A stretch of DNA of 64,000 nt, taken from assembly GCA_002269645.1 (NCBI GenBank), contig NIVC01000020.1:1178001-1242000 (forward strand), given 5' to 3'. The position numbers and the translations under genes were made by a program. The DNA comes from Macrostomum lignano (taxonomy: Eukaryota). The notes beneath the pieces are model-generated. The model was not told the origin of the DNA and searched no databases. It saw only the letters and a program-made list of their open reading frames with translations. Positions 12,294 through 24,300 of the stretch are shown here, piece by piece; the first letter of the stretch is position 1, and each line of letters opens with the position of its first letter.

Positions 12294-15152
12294 TCACTGC
12301 TGGGCACCGCTGCCGCTGCCAGACGCAGCCTGGTCGATGATGTTCAGCAGCTTGGCCCGCTGCATCTCGCGCTGCTCGTCCTTCTCGTAAGCCGCCACCA
12401 GGGCCTGCAGTTGGCGCACCTTTTCCAGCACCTGGCTCACGGACAGGCTGCCCAGGTCGTGGATCATCTCCAGGTCGGACTTCTCCAGCTCCGCCTCGTA
12501 TTTGGCAACCAGAACTGGCAACACGATCTGCAAAGGGGAAAGCAATGGATTGCTAGCGAACCCACAGCAATTAATGCCCTCTGCCAGCCCATGCAATCAT
12601 TTAACTGCAGATAGCTCATGTCCTGTAAAGTGTACTCCATTATTTTAGCTGGTTAGTCTGCACTCTGCATGGCTTTGGGAACTGAGCCTGAGCACACAAA
12701 TGAATGTCTAAGCAGCACAGCAAACAGGGGGTTGACTTTTCCATTGCTAAGTATTTATGCATAGTTTAGTTAGCACAGGCCAACCACTGTGCACAAGTCC
12801 CAGGCCAATCATTTTTGCAGTTTCAATTGAAAATGGCCTTAAACAGAACTGAACCTGGGTACTTGACACAAGACAAACTGATTAACATACTTGAAGAGAA
12901 ATACCAGAAGAAAACAACATACCTTAGCAGAACTAGCTAGCAAGTCATCTTCTTTTTCTGAAACAATATAAACAATGCAAAGGTATAATCAAGTTACAAT
13001 AAAAGAATATATAAAATATATTTAAAAAAGACAAGTCTCTCACCAGAAGTTGCTGAATGAAACTCAGTTAAGACTTCATTGGTCATTAAATCATCATCTA
13101 AAAGAAATAAAAAAGTTATTAGGGTATAAAGACCAAAATAGTCTATTAATGATATAGATAATTATAAAATCAATATTATTTAAAATTTAGATTCCTTGTA
13201 AAAATTTGAATGTTCATCCTATCTAATCATAAAAATACTAATCCTATCCTATTTAGTCCTAAGCTCTCAGTGGCAGATTTAGAAAGGGGGGGTAATGGCA
13301 ATGAAGATGCCTCTTTTTTTCCCTAAAAAGGTATTTGCCCTCATAGTGCCCCTCTAATTGGTTTTATTTGTCTAATGTTACATGCTTTTATATACCAATA
13401 TTATTTATATTAGCATTTTGATCATATGTTTGAATTAATTTCGGCAATAGTGCAGTTTAGTTTATGAAATTATTTTTCATTTAAATTTGAAAGTTCGAAA
13501 CAAGAAAACAATAACAATGATAAAAATTGATGTTTTTTTAACCATTTTAACGATTGTGGCAGAGACCATGGCAGCCATCAGGTAGCGTGCATTTAGCTCT
13601 AGTTGCGGTAGAGCATTTGCTGGCAGCACTTCATTTGTTGGAATTATCCACAAGGGTCTTGGTGGTCGTCCAGCCATAATACAATATGTTGTCCAAAAGA
13701 AAAATCAGATATTAGCGGCTTCTCAGCTAAGGGGAAACAGTTCAAACCCCCCCACTTGAGCCCCTTTTGATTCTTTAAACTATTGTATTTTTTCCATAGA
13801 CAAATTGCATTTCAAGTAGCATTCAAGCGTGGCACAGATTTAATGAAAAAAGTATATTAATAGAGTGCCCATTTGCTTTAAAGTTCCATGACCAGTGAGC
13901 TCTGGCACAGTCGCTAGAATGGTTTAAAACATTGTTGTTATTGTTTTCTAGTTTCGAACTTTCAAATTTAAACAAAAAATAATTTTGCGAATGAAACTGC
14001 ACTATTGCCTTATTTTTCTATTTTATTATATTTAACTTAGAGACATTTCTTTTTCTGGGTTCTTAAAAGTCTTAAACATTCTATACAAATTTTTAACTTT
14101 TGTTTTATGATCCTCCTAATAAAATTTTTAAATGAATTCTCCATGTAAAAGAGCATAAGACAAAAATGAAAAACAAGGGCAGATTTAGGGGGAAGGGAAA
14201 GGGAGGCTGTTGTTCACCCCAAAAAGGGCTTTAAAAACATATTGCACCCCCAAGAACCTAAATTTGTACCTTTGTAGCTTGCTTCCAAATGCCTTTTTTG
14301 TACCTTTAAGCTTGATTTTTCACCTTAAAATGCCTTTTTATGCCTTTAAGCTTTATTTTGTGCCTCTTACATGCATTTTTGCATATTTAAACTTGATTTT
14401 TTGCCTGCTACATACATTTTTTCTTTCTTTGCTTAAAAATTAATATCTTAAACTTGTGTTGGCATCTCAAACTTAGACTGCCCCTCTCTAAAATGAAATT
14501 ATAGATTTGCCACTGATAAGGAGGGTGTGCATAGTCTAGATTCTATATAAAATAAGCAAAAAATGTTATAATTGTTGGAAATAACTTGATAAGTGTTTGC
14601 TACCTTTTTATAATACAATTTACAATATAAGATGCAAAATTGCCATTGAAGTGATCACAAAATGAAATATCACCCCTTTCACTTTTGTTAGACCTAAAAT
14701 TATCTATTCTTCCCAATATAATTTTAAACAAACTTACAATTTGAAAGATAGTATTGCAAAAGTAAATATATAATGTGGCTTTTTGTTAATTTGTACAAAT
14801 ACAACTAACATTGCCTTGACTTTCTTAAGAGGGATTATATAACAAAACAGTGCAGTAGAGGAGATTGCATAATAAATCAATAGCAATACATAGCCAAAGT
14901 GCAAAGGGATTGCATAGGGCCTAATGAAAGAATGCCACCTAACCAAATAAAAAATAGGTGATACAATAAATTCTACACGATTACAATTTTCCCTTGATTA
15001 TATTATTGAAGTGTAGGTCTAACTCTATTGACTTTGATGAATAGTAGTATCTAGTTAGTAGTGAATAGGCCTAGTAGTTAGTGAATAGAAGTTAGAACTT
15101 AAACAATAAACAACTTGTAATTAAAAAGAAAAAATTTACCCGATGCCGCCAT
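12294..15152 (-). CDS. LIN52: LIN52-like DREAM/MuvB subunit (111 aa); exons 15152-15140, 13097-13044, 12957-12923, 12527-12294
   Basis: C-terminal IHDLGSLSVSQVLEKVRQLQ...DEQREMQRAKLLNII matches the LIN52 pattern (L.T..L..KVR.LQ.LAY.LG..E.REM.R.KFLNIL). Four exons join in phase via GT-AG (336 nt), giving a length similar to known LIN52 proteins. Confidence 0.75.
13443..14009. mobile_element. MITE with ~80-bp TIRs (GGCAATAGTGCAG...), possibly PIF/Harbinger-like, in LIN52 intron 1
   Basis: 13443-13520 is the reverse complement of ~13930-14009 with few mismatches; TTA follows the right end. Confidence 0.6.
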
Positions 15153-15610
15153 TAGAAATGAAAACAATTTATTTCACAAAGAATACGAGTTAAGAAGTTG
15201 TGATAACAATAGTCAATATAGTGTATCCTGTATCGCTGTACGTTTGACTCGTTAATATATAATTCCAGTTCTATACAGATTTCTGTAAAAGCCCTTTTGA
15301 AATAGAATAAAAGTGGCAAAAGTAAGTTAAAACAAAGCAAACGCTTCCTTACTCTGGAAAAAAAGACGCAATAAAAATTAGGTGCATTTATAAAAACTTT
15401 TTTTGGTTACATTAGAAGAAGTTTTTAGAAAACATAGCCTTCTACTACACTTTTTCTAGGAAAAACATTCCGTTCCCTTCGATCTCCTCCACTTACCACC
15501 GCCGAGCTGTACGAGCTGTAGGCAGCAACTGTTTTTTGACTAAGCGAATTTCAATTTGTGTAAAATCAAGTTTTATATTAAGAAACAGTGTTGTTTTGTG
15601 GGCTTTAATA
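15153..15610. promoter_or_regulatory. Putative bidirectional promoter between the LIN52 and TOMM20 start codons
   Basis: Divergent ATGs only 458 bp apart (inferred from the gene models). Confidence 0.6.
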
Positions 15611-18600
15611 ATGATTACAGGAAGACAATATTTAGCTATTGGTGCGGGTCTTGGTGCTGCATTTCTAGGTTACTGTGTATATTTCGATCAAAAGCGTCGA
15701 AGTGCACCTGACTTTAAGCAAAAGCTAATTGAAAGTAAGCCTTTCCGATTTACTTGATCTATGTATCTTAGTAATAGTTATTATGTTTTTCATAGCCACC
15801 AAGTGAAGAGATTCTGCAATAGTATTCTAGCTAGGGCTAATTTACTAAATATGTCAAACAAGAAGAGAAGAAAAAGGAAGTTGGATAAAACACAGGTACC
15901 CAGTAAAATGCAGAATCTGCAGCAAAGAAAGCTTATTTCAAAAGATAGTAAGATTGTTATACCATCTTATATTTTACCTTCAATTTATGATCACCCAAAC
16001 ATATATTCCCCATTGAATTGATCGTGAACCAAAGCTAGCTGTAGGAAAGCATGTCAACCCTACCTTAGTATAATTAATCTTCAGTGCCACCCCCTTTTAC
16101 TTTCAGTTTACGATCACTTCCACACATGCACTCCGTTGAAATGATCGGGAACCAAAGTTGGCTGTAAGAAAGCATTTCAACCCTTAAAACATTTTTATAG
16201 CCAGCTTTGGTTCACAATCATTTTAATGCGCAATATAAATTTGGGTGATTGTAAGCTGAAGGTGAAATATATAGGCTACCATAGCTCAAACTTGCAACAT
16301 GACAATTGAAATTAGTTTGACAGGCTTTCCTATTGCCAGCTTCGATTCACAATGGGCAAAGTATGTTTGGGTGATCATAAACCAAAGGTGAAATATAAGG
16401 TGCTATGACAAACTTACCATTTTTTGAAATAAACAAGTTTGTTTTTGTTTAATTTCATTTCATTAGAAACTATAGATTTTATGTCTTACAACTTTTTTAT
16501 AGTGATCATCACTGTTTAAGGTGATTGTCACTAGGCCCTATTTGGAATGATTATAAAGCAAAGGAATGCCAAACTTGTAGCAGAATGGTAAATTGTGGAA
16601 TGAACTATGGATTCCAATTATAAGGGGTGTCCAAAAATTATTGATACTTTTTACTGTAGCTCTCGTTCTATAGCTTCTTATGATTTATAATTTTATGAAC
16701 TGATAGGCCTAGTGGCAAATCTCTTTTATAGACTGCTTTTTGAATTTTTAAAATTGATACCAAAGAACAAAAGTTATACCCATGAAAGTAGCAGTATATA
16801 TACCATAGGGTTACACAAATTATAGGCTGAGCTTCACAAGATCCATGCTGAGTAAGCTTCAATGAATTGTTAATTTTGGCTTGTCCAACCTATCAGTGAT
16901 CTCTCTAATGGTCATTTGGAAGTCCTCGTCAAGAAGATCCAGAATGGAATCCACCAGTACATCAGGTTGATGAATATATGGCCACCCTATCCAATGTTGA
17001 TCTGCCAAGTCAGTCCTTTCCTTGCTGAACTGCTCCATCCATCAATAAACTGTCATTTTGCTGACCGCAGTTTTGTGTGAATTTCTGGAGGCACTATGGC
17101 TAGCGCCCCAAAGAGTGAAGATGGCACTTTGCTGAGCAACAAGTGAGTGCACATCCATGTGTGTTGTTGAGTATGGGCAATGAAATCATGAACCAATCAC
17201 AAAATGCAAGCTCCTCTATTTGCAAGTAAATTATTGAATTTAATGCTTTATTTTTCTATGCATGATCTTGTCCATAAACAAATTTCAGTCAGCCACAGTG
17301 ACCATCATTTTGCAATTGGGCTTTGGTATTGCTTAAACAAGACATTTATCAATGCTTTCTTAATGAATGAGTGCAGAAGTCAACTATTATAAATTTTGAT
17401 ATAGTTTGTGTAACTCTATAGTACAGGTACTGTTACTTTCGTGGGTATAACTTTTGTTCTCTATTATCAATTTTAAAAATTCAAAAAGCAGTCTGTAGAA
17501 AAGATTTGCCGCTATCAGTTCATTAAATTTTAAATCACAGGAAGCTATTGAATGAGAGCTACGGTTAAAAGTATCACTACTTTTTGGACACCCCTTGTAA
17601 TTTGAAGTAAAATGCAAAACATAGGAATTAATCAAAAAATTTACAATTTTAAAGACATGTATATAGCCATGCCTAGATACTCTTTAGCAATTTAACCATA
17701 TGAAAAAGATTTATAAAATTTCAAGTGTGATTCTATATTAAGCTAAATTGAATTAGAAATAGCAGCATTTATTGGGCTTACTTAAAGTAGTAAATATAGG
17801 TTTTTTCATAAATAATATGGTTAATAATTGGGTGTTAAAATATTGTCATGATTTTTCTCTCCAGCAGTTTGGTCAAATTTGAAGGCTTTATTGTTTTAAG
17901 ATTTTGTCTCAGCTTGTCTTAGTTATTGCTGGTCTTAGCTAATATATTAGTTTCTTTATGAGCTAGTACAATAATCTTTGGCTTATCAAGTACTACTATT
18001 GGTATATATATGTATTATTTATAATTGGCATATTCTTTATTAGTAGTGAATATTACTATATATGTATGCCACTCTTTGGATCATGTAGTATATATGATCT
18101 AGACAATCCAGTCTCCTATGAGTGCCTAGAAAAGCAAGATCTTGATGCAAGGCAGTGTGTAGTACCTTAGTGAAGACCTGCAACATCAGTGGTCTGACTT
18201 CTAGTAACCCAGCATTGAAATGGCCAACTAATAAATCTTTTAGTTAGAATGTATTTTAGTGCTTCTATCTTTTGAATATAAGCTCTCTTGTCCTCAGAAT
18301 AAGCCAATCACACATGAGGTATCATGAACTTTTTCTTTCTGCTGAGCCTTCTAGTTTCTTTTTCAAAAGTCTTTGTGTAAAAAAGCAAAACTTCTAGGAA
18401 ACTTCCAGGTACTCCTTAAAACTTGCCATTCAATATAGTCTTTGTTAGCAACAACTTTGGTCTTTGGCCACTCATTATTTGATTGCTTTAATTGCTTGAC
18501 TAGCCACAAAAAGATGTTTTTAAGTATATCTTAAAGGGACAACTATCTTAAAATGAATCACAATAGGAAGTGTTTTATTTTCTTAACAAATAGCAATCAA

Positions 18601-21600
18601 TAAAAATGCTTTTATAGACATATTGAACTAAATTCCTATTAGGTTTAGAAATTGTCAAATAGCAAAAGTAGCTGTTCTTACTTTGTAGTTGCTATAGTCT
18701 AGTAGTCTAGTAGTTGCTATAGCTAACCATGGCAAAGAAGCCAGTCCTAGTTGCAGAAATCCTTTACATTTGCATAACAAAAGCATATTACTGAACTGTC
18801 ACTTATAGTAATAACCTTGCTACTATTAGTAGTGTAGGTAAATTGATATACATATATAGTTGGTTTCACTTTTTGTAAAAATTTGAGCTCCTTAATAAAT
18901 AGCTAAATATATGCTTATAAATTTTTCCTTTGCCCTCTGCCCTTGAAATGAATTAAAGTGCACTGAGGATCAAAGAGCAGCAGCATATGGCACGCCTAAT
19001 TGCTTGAACTTGGCCACATTGCAGTCTGTAGTCTGTTATTGAAATAGTGATGCCCCATCAGCCAGAGTGCTTCAGCCACCCAGTCACAGTAGTACACAGT
19101 GCCCCAGACACCCAGTCACAGCAGTACCAAGTGCCCCAGCTACCCAGTTACAGCAGTACACAGTGCCCCAGACACCCAGTCACAGCAGTACCCAGTGCCC
19201 CAGCTACCCAGTCACAGCAGTACACAGTGCCCCAGACACCGAGTCACAGCAGTACCTAGTGCCCCAGCTACCTAGTCACAGCAGTACCCAGTGCCCCAGC
19301 TACCCAGTCACAGCAGTACACAGTGCCCCAGACACCCAGTCACGGCAGTACCCAGTCACAGCAGTACCCAGTGCCCCAGCCACCCAGTCACAGCAGTACC
19401 CAGTGCCCCCAACACACAGTTACAACAGTACTCAGTGTCCCAGACACCGAGTCACAGCAGTACCCAGTGCCCCAGTCACAGCAGTACCCAATACCCCAGA
19501 CACCGAGTCACAGCAGTACCCAGTGCCCCAGCCACCCAGTCACAGCAGTGCCCAGTACCCAGCCACCCGGTACTCAAAAGCTCAGCATGTGCAGAGCTGA
19601 CAGTGTCAAGTAGCTAAAGAATGCCGATTTTCTACTACTAGCTGCATGCCTCCAGTCTGCATGAATCTGCCTTGCATTCAGTCCTCTGCAGCTGCAACAA
19701 AGAATCCAGACCAGTCCCCTCCCAGTCGGAGATGCCAGTGCATGAATGTCCTGAGTTGCCATTTCGCAAACTGGGCAAGCCCAGTAGGGGTGGCAGCCCC
19801 TTTCAGCTCTGTCATCAGACCATAGAAAGCAGATAAAAAGCATCCGCCAGATAAAATTGCTTCTAGAATTCAATGTGGCATAAGTCGATACGAGCTAAAA
19901 CCAAAGCCAATTGTTTTGCATTCTGTTTGAGCAAGCAATATCCTATTTTGAATGGGAATCCATTATCGGCTGCTGGTGCGGGTTAGCCGGGCGGGATAAT
20001 CAAGCCGCATGGAGTGCCTGCTTTAAAGGACTCTTGCGCTCAGCCTATTGTTTCAGTGCAGCCTGATTTGTTGGGATTTAATCAGGCACTTAATGCAGAT
20101 TCCCAGTTGAGTAGGAGGCGGGAATAATGGCATTTGTTATGCCATTGATTAAAATCATATCGCCGCGTTTGATTTTTTACTGCTTATTCTCGAGATACCA
20201 ATCTGAACTTGAACTGAAAATGGGAGCTTGAAGTGGCTTGTATTTTGTCTGTCATGGATATTTCGAGGCCTCAATATTTCGATGCACTAGCAGCTCTTCT
20301 ATTCAGCTATTGAGCATATTCAATTTGGGTTGCTACGTCAGCTTAGACTTAAAGCTTAAAGTTGCCATCTCTTTAGTGTATTTTTTGTTACCGGCTGAGT
20401 TTGTCTATGGCAAAAGCGTTTTTAGCGCTATGCGAAAAAGCTAATCTTTGCGAAACCCGTTTAGAAAACACAAATAACATGGATAAACTTGTGAACTAAA
20501 CGTGGACAAAACACACCTGTGTGAGCGTGTGCATGAGTGTGAGTGTGCGTTCATGCGCTTGTGTGAGCCCAGAAGTCAATGGGATGGACAGAGTTGCATC
20601 AGTGCTGGTTGTGGGAAGATGTCGAAGTGCTCCTGGAAAATATATTGTTACTTCTGGCATTGTTTTCAGTTTAGGACTGCGGTGCACTGAATTCTCATAT
20701 TTCTAATTCATTTTGCCCCAACTACCGGCCTATAGTAAGATTCGGATGGTTTGCGGATGTAAGTCCCTTCTACCATGAGACAGATAGCAATGAAGATGTT
20801 ATAAAAAATACCGGCTAAATTTGCCATCCCAGCAGCAGCAGCAGCAGAATTCCGTGTGCAAAATTTGCATCCATCAAAGACCCACTGGCTTCTGTTGGCT
20901 CATTTCGGTGCAACAATTGCAATAATCTACCTGTGCAGCACAAAGCTACCATAAGGGAATGAAGCTTTCAGTTTTCAGGTGCTTGAGCTGCCCAGCCTCT
21001 CTGCCCATAGCCTGCCGCTTTGGTCTAATTATGCTGGTTTAATTAAATTGATGACGCCCAGATCAGGGCCAACTAGTTCAGGGATGAAGCCGTGAGCAGT
21101 CCTTCAGTTAATTATAACCACCCGCTGGCCAGTTGTGTCAACCCTAATGCTGTTCCACACTGGAGAGGATACCCACTACAGTTAATCTGCTGCGCTTCGT
21201 ATCACCCGGCTAGGCTAAATAAGCCAGGATGTTAGTTAAAAAAATTGTACTCTACAGTGTTTAACCAGGAACAATATTTATACTTTCTAGTTTGACCTGT
21301 ATATATTTATCTATTTTTAATGATATGCAAAGTGTGGTTGCTTAAATAACAAAAAATATCTCTTGTGATCCTTGAGAGCCCAGCGTTGTTTGTTCCTTCT
21401 TAAACAGACCGCTTAAACAGGGAGTTGCTAAGATGCAAATTCCATTCTAGAGGCTTAAGTTGATTCCATTCTTGGCTTATGCATTGCAACAGACTTTTGA
21501 TTCGGGAGGTTAAAGCAAATGACAACTCGTGCTAAAATATGCATTTGCGAGATGGGTTTATTGTTATCGCCATTTTTCACCTTGAGGGACCATGACCGTC

Positions 21601-22611
21601 CTTATTCTGTAAAAAAACATCTAACGGTGCTTTTATGACATTAAAAGCTAAGGGATGATGGTGCTTCTTGGCGGGTGCTTCAGGTTATTTTGTTGCTTTT
21701 TGAGGCGCTCTTCAAGCCGCGAGAATTGCTGTTAGGACAAATCTTGTCTGAGGCGGTGATTTAACACTCGAAAGCTCTCTTGAGGAATGCGCTGTACTTG
21801 CAGGGTTGCTTGCTTGAATGCAAATCTCACAGTTCAATTGGGACAATTAGGACTGACAGTGACTACCGAATCAGTCTCTCCGATGATTGCGGCTTTCCCT
21901 TGGCAATCACAGCTAGACATGTTTGACCAATGACTAATCCGTTGGAGTTAAAATCGGATTAGCATTTATTAATCCAAGTGGTCGATTGTAGTTTTGAAAA
22001 TCTGTACGAGTGCTACAATCTAGCTGTCAGACTAAAGAGTCGGATTGAAGCTTTGAAGGCCATGTAAATAAAAATTGAGATGCGACGCATTTTTATTAAA
22101 GTTCAAAATGCAATTCAGACCGGACATTTTTTATTGAATTCCACAGAGCGCCGTCAGCAGAAGGAGGACCGCCGCCTGAAGGCCGAAGGCGGCCTGCCCG
22201 ACCTGCGCGACGCCGAGGCAGTGCAGCGCTTCTTCATGGAGGAGGTCCAGACTGGCGAGAGCCTGCTCGGCCGCGGCGACATCGAAGGCGGCGTTGAGCA
22301 CCTGGCCACCGCCATTGCCGTGTGCGCCCAGCCCAGCCACCTGCTGCAGATGCTGCAGCAAACCCTGCCCAACGAGATCTTTGAGCTCATCCTGGCCGCC
22401 CTGCCCAAGGCCAAGCAGAAGTTCAGCAAGGCTCGCGAGGCCCTCATCAGGGAGATGAGCGGAGGCACCTTCACCGTGCCCACGGAGGAGAAGGTGAGGG
22501 GCGTTGGGTCAGCTTGCAGCCTAGCAGTGCAGCTAACCGCTTGTAATACTCTGCTTTTAACCATTTTTTCAACAGAGAGTCGTCGAGATCCAGGAGGATG
22601 ACGTCGAATAG
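15611..22611 (+). CDS. TOMM20: Mitochondrial import receptor Tom20 (168 aa); exons 15611-15734, 22147-22493, 22576-22611
   Basis: GAAFLGYCVYFDQKRRSAPDFK anchor motif, LPDLRDAEAVQRFFMEEVQ.GE.LL..G.IE.GVEHLA.AIAVC.QP core and C-terminal EDDVE; junctions in phase (507 nt). Confidence 0.95.
16621..17597 (-). mobile_element. Internally deleted mariner element in TOMM20 intron 1
   Basis: TIRs (C/T)AAGGGGTGTCCAAAAA.TA.TGATACTTTT with TA TSD; minus-strand remnant SKMTVY*WMEQFSKERTDLAD...LLDEDFQMTIREITDRL resembling the mariner N-terminal HTH region. Confidence 0.75.
19072..19565. repeat. Degenerate ~32-bp tandem array (CAGTCACAGCAGTACCCAGTGCCCCAGCTACC) in TOMM20 intron 1
   Basis: About 15 diverged copies; source of overlapping low-complexity ORFs. 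Confidence 0.9.
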
Positions 22612-24300
22612 TGAAGAGGCGAGGCAACCAACCGCGCCGGGCCGCACCAGTGCCGGAAGCTGCGCTCATTACATTATATGTGTTTTTAGTGTGTCCCCAG
22701 GTCGATCAAGTATTTATCCAGGTGTTAGCGTAGCTGTAGGGAAAGCGCACCTTTGTGAATACTAGTGCTAGTGATGCTAGTAAACCTGAATTTACTTACT
22801 CCGTGCATGACAGACCTCTGGCTGCTGTCGGCTTGCTCTGCCAGTAATTCCACCTTTAAGCATGCCAGCCCTGAGCTGCGCTTGTAATTAAATAATTACA
22901 CACTGCTCGGTTATCTTTATTATTAGCTGGTGTTCATTTCTTCATTTATTTCGATTTTTAAAAATGTAGATTAGATGTAGATTTAAAGTGTAGGAAGCTC
23001 CAAGCACACTAGAAATTGTATGCATATCTCTACTATTTGTCCGCGAGTCTTGACTGCTTCGTTTACTTTATTCCGATTCGGGTTTTCGATTTAAAGAATT
23101 CTATTTTTTTGTGGACTATGATTGCGGGATCTTCTGGTATTTGGTATTTTTCAGAATCTTTTGCTTTCCTGTGTGCCAGCTTCCCCCCCCGTGTGTGTTT
23201 GGATGCTTTCATTTTCAGCTTAAAGCAATTCCACTGAATGTCATTGTTTTCTAGCTCACAGCTAAAGAGACGGTGCCAGATGCGGGGAGTTGGCGGGCTT
23301 CAATGCAGGCATTTCTTCAGGTTGGTGGATGACAGCACAGCTGCGCCAGATGGAGTTGGACTTTCCAGTCTTGCATTGTGAATTCTTGATTAGCCTGGCT
23401 GGCGATTCTCTCGCAAGCAGGTAAGAGCTAAAGGGCACTGAGTAGCAGCGACTTCTCTGAAATGCCTCAGAAAACTTGTTAGAAGCGGCTGTGAAGCAGC
23501 AGTTGGCCTGAGAGGGGTGGCTGGTGACTGCACTTGTGCATGCAAAATTTATACTCAATGGGAATTCGCTCAGTACTTTAGCAGCTGGGCCATCCTGCTA
23601 GTTTTTAGCAAACTTAGGACGCTCACGTGACTCCAAATCTTTCCTTTCTTCACTTCCTTAGTCACCTCTAATAGTGTTTCATACAGGGTTGGTTTGTGTA
23701 AACACTGTTGTGTCTGAAATGATGAAGAATTCTCTGTGGTTCTTTGCTACGTTTAAAGCTTTGTGAGACATATCAAGTTATGTCGATTTTTAAACGCTCT
23801 AAGTACTCTTTCTATGATCTTCTCTGCCGCATAAATAATGAACTTGTACTCCTGTTCCGATGAAACTCGTGCTGTAGTTGTGAAGAATTTATTCAGCTTT
23901 AAAACAAAACCAATTTTTTTTTAAATAAATTTTGCTGCTCGGAAGTTATTGAGGATTTTGTGAAGTTGATAAGGTTTCTCCGTCTAACTTGCCAAGCTTT
24001 TTTTCTAGGGGAAGTCGCTTTCATATCTCCAGTGTTCTTTGGCTAAGTACGTGTACTGATAGTCGTAGTGGAGTAAGGAAATAACTGCATCTGCAAATAG
24101 ACTCCAAGCATCCATTGTCTGATTCGCCTGTCTTCCACCAATGGCAGAGCCCACAAATTTGTCCATAAATTCTGGAACGATTGAATCAAAATTGCTTTTT
24201 CGTGCATACCTTGCCAGTTGACACAAAGTGTTTTTGTGCAAAAATTATTCTCCGTGATGATTGAGCTACCTATAGAATAAGTCCGGTAACTTTATCCAAA

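Noticed and set aside
13268-14515. Larger hAT-like MITE (CAGTGGCAGATTT...ATTTGCCACTG) enclosing the 13443-14009 element
   Set aside because: The TIR is short and no matching TSD was found; it may be two separate fragments.
18100-18420. Possible Copia RNase H remnant (VFTKVLHTALHQ) on the minus strand
   Set aside because: Too short and degenerate to support without an alignment.
24005-24241. 78-aa minus-strand ORF just upstream of the zinc-finger gene
   Set aside because: TTG start with an in-frame stop two codons upstream; no linked exons found.
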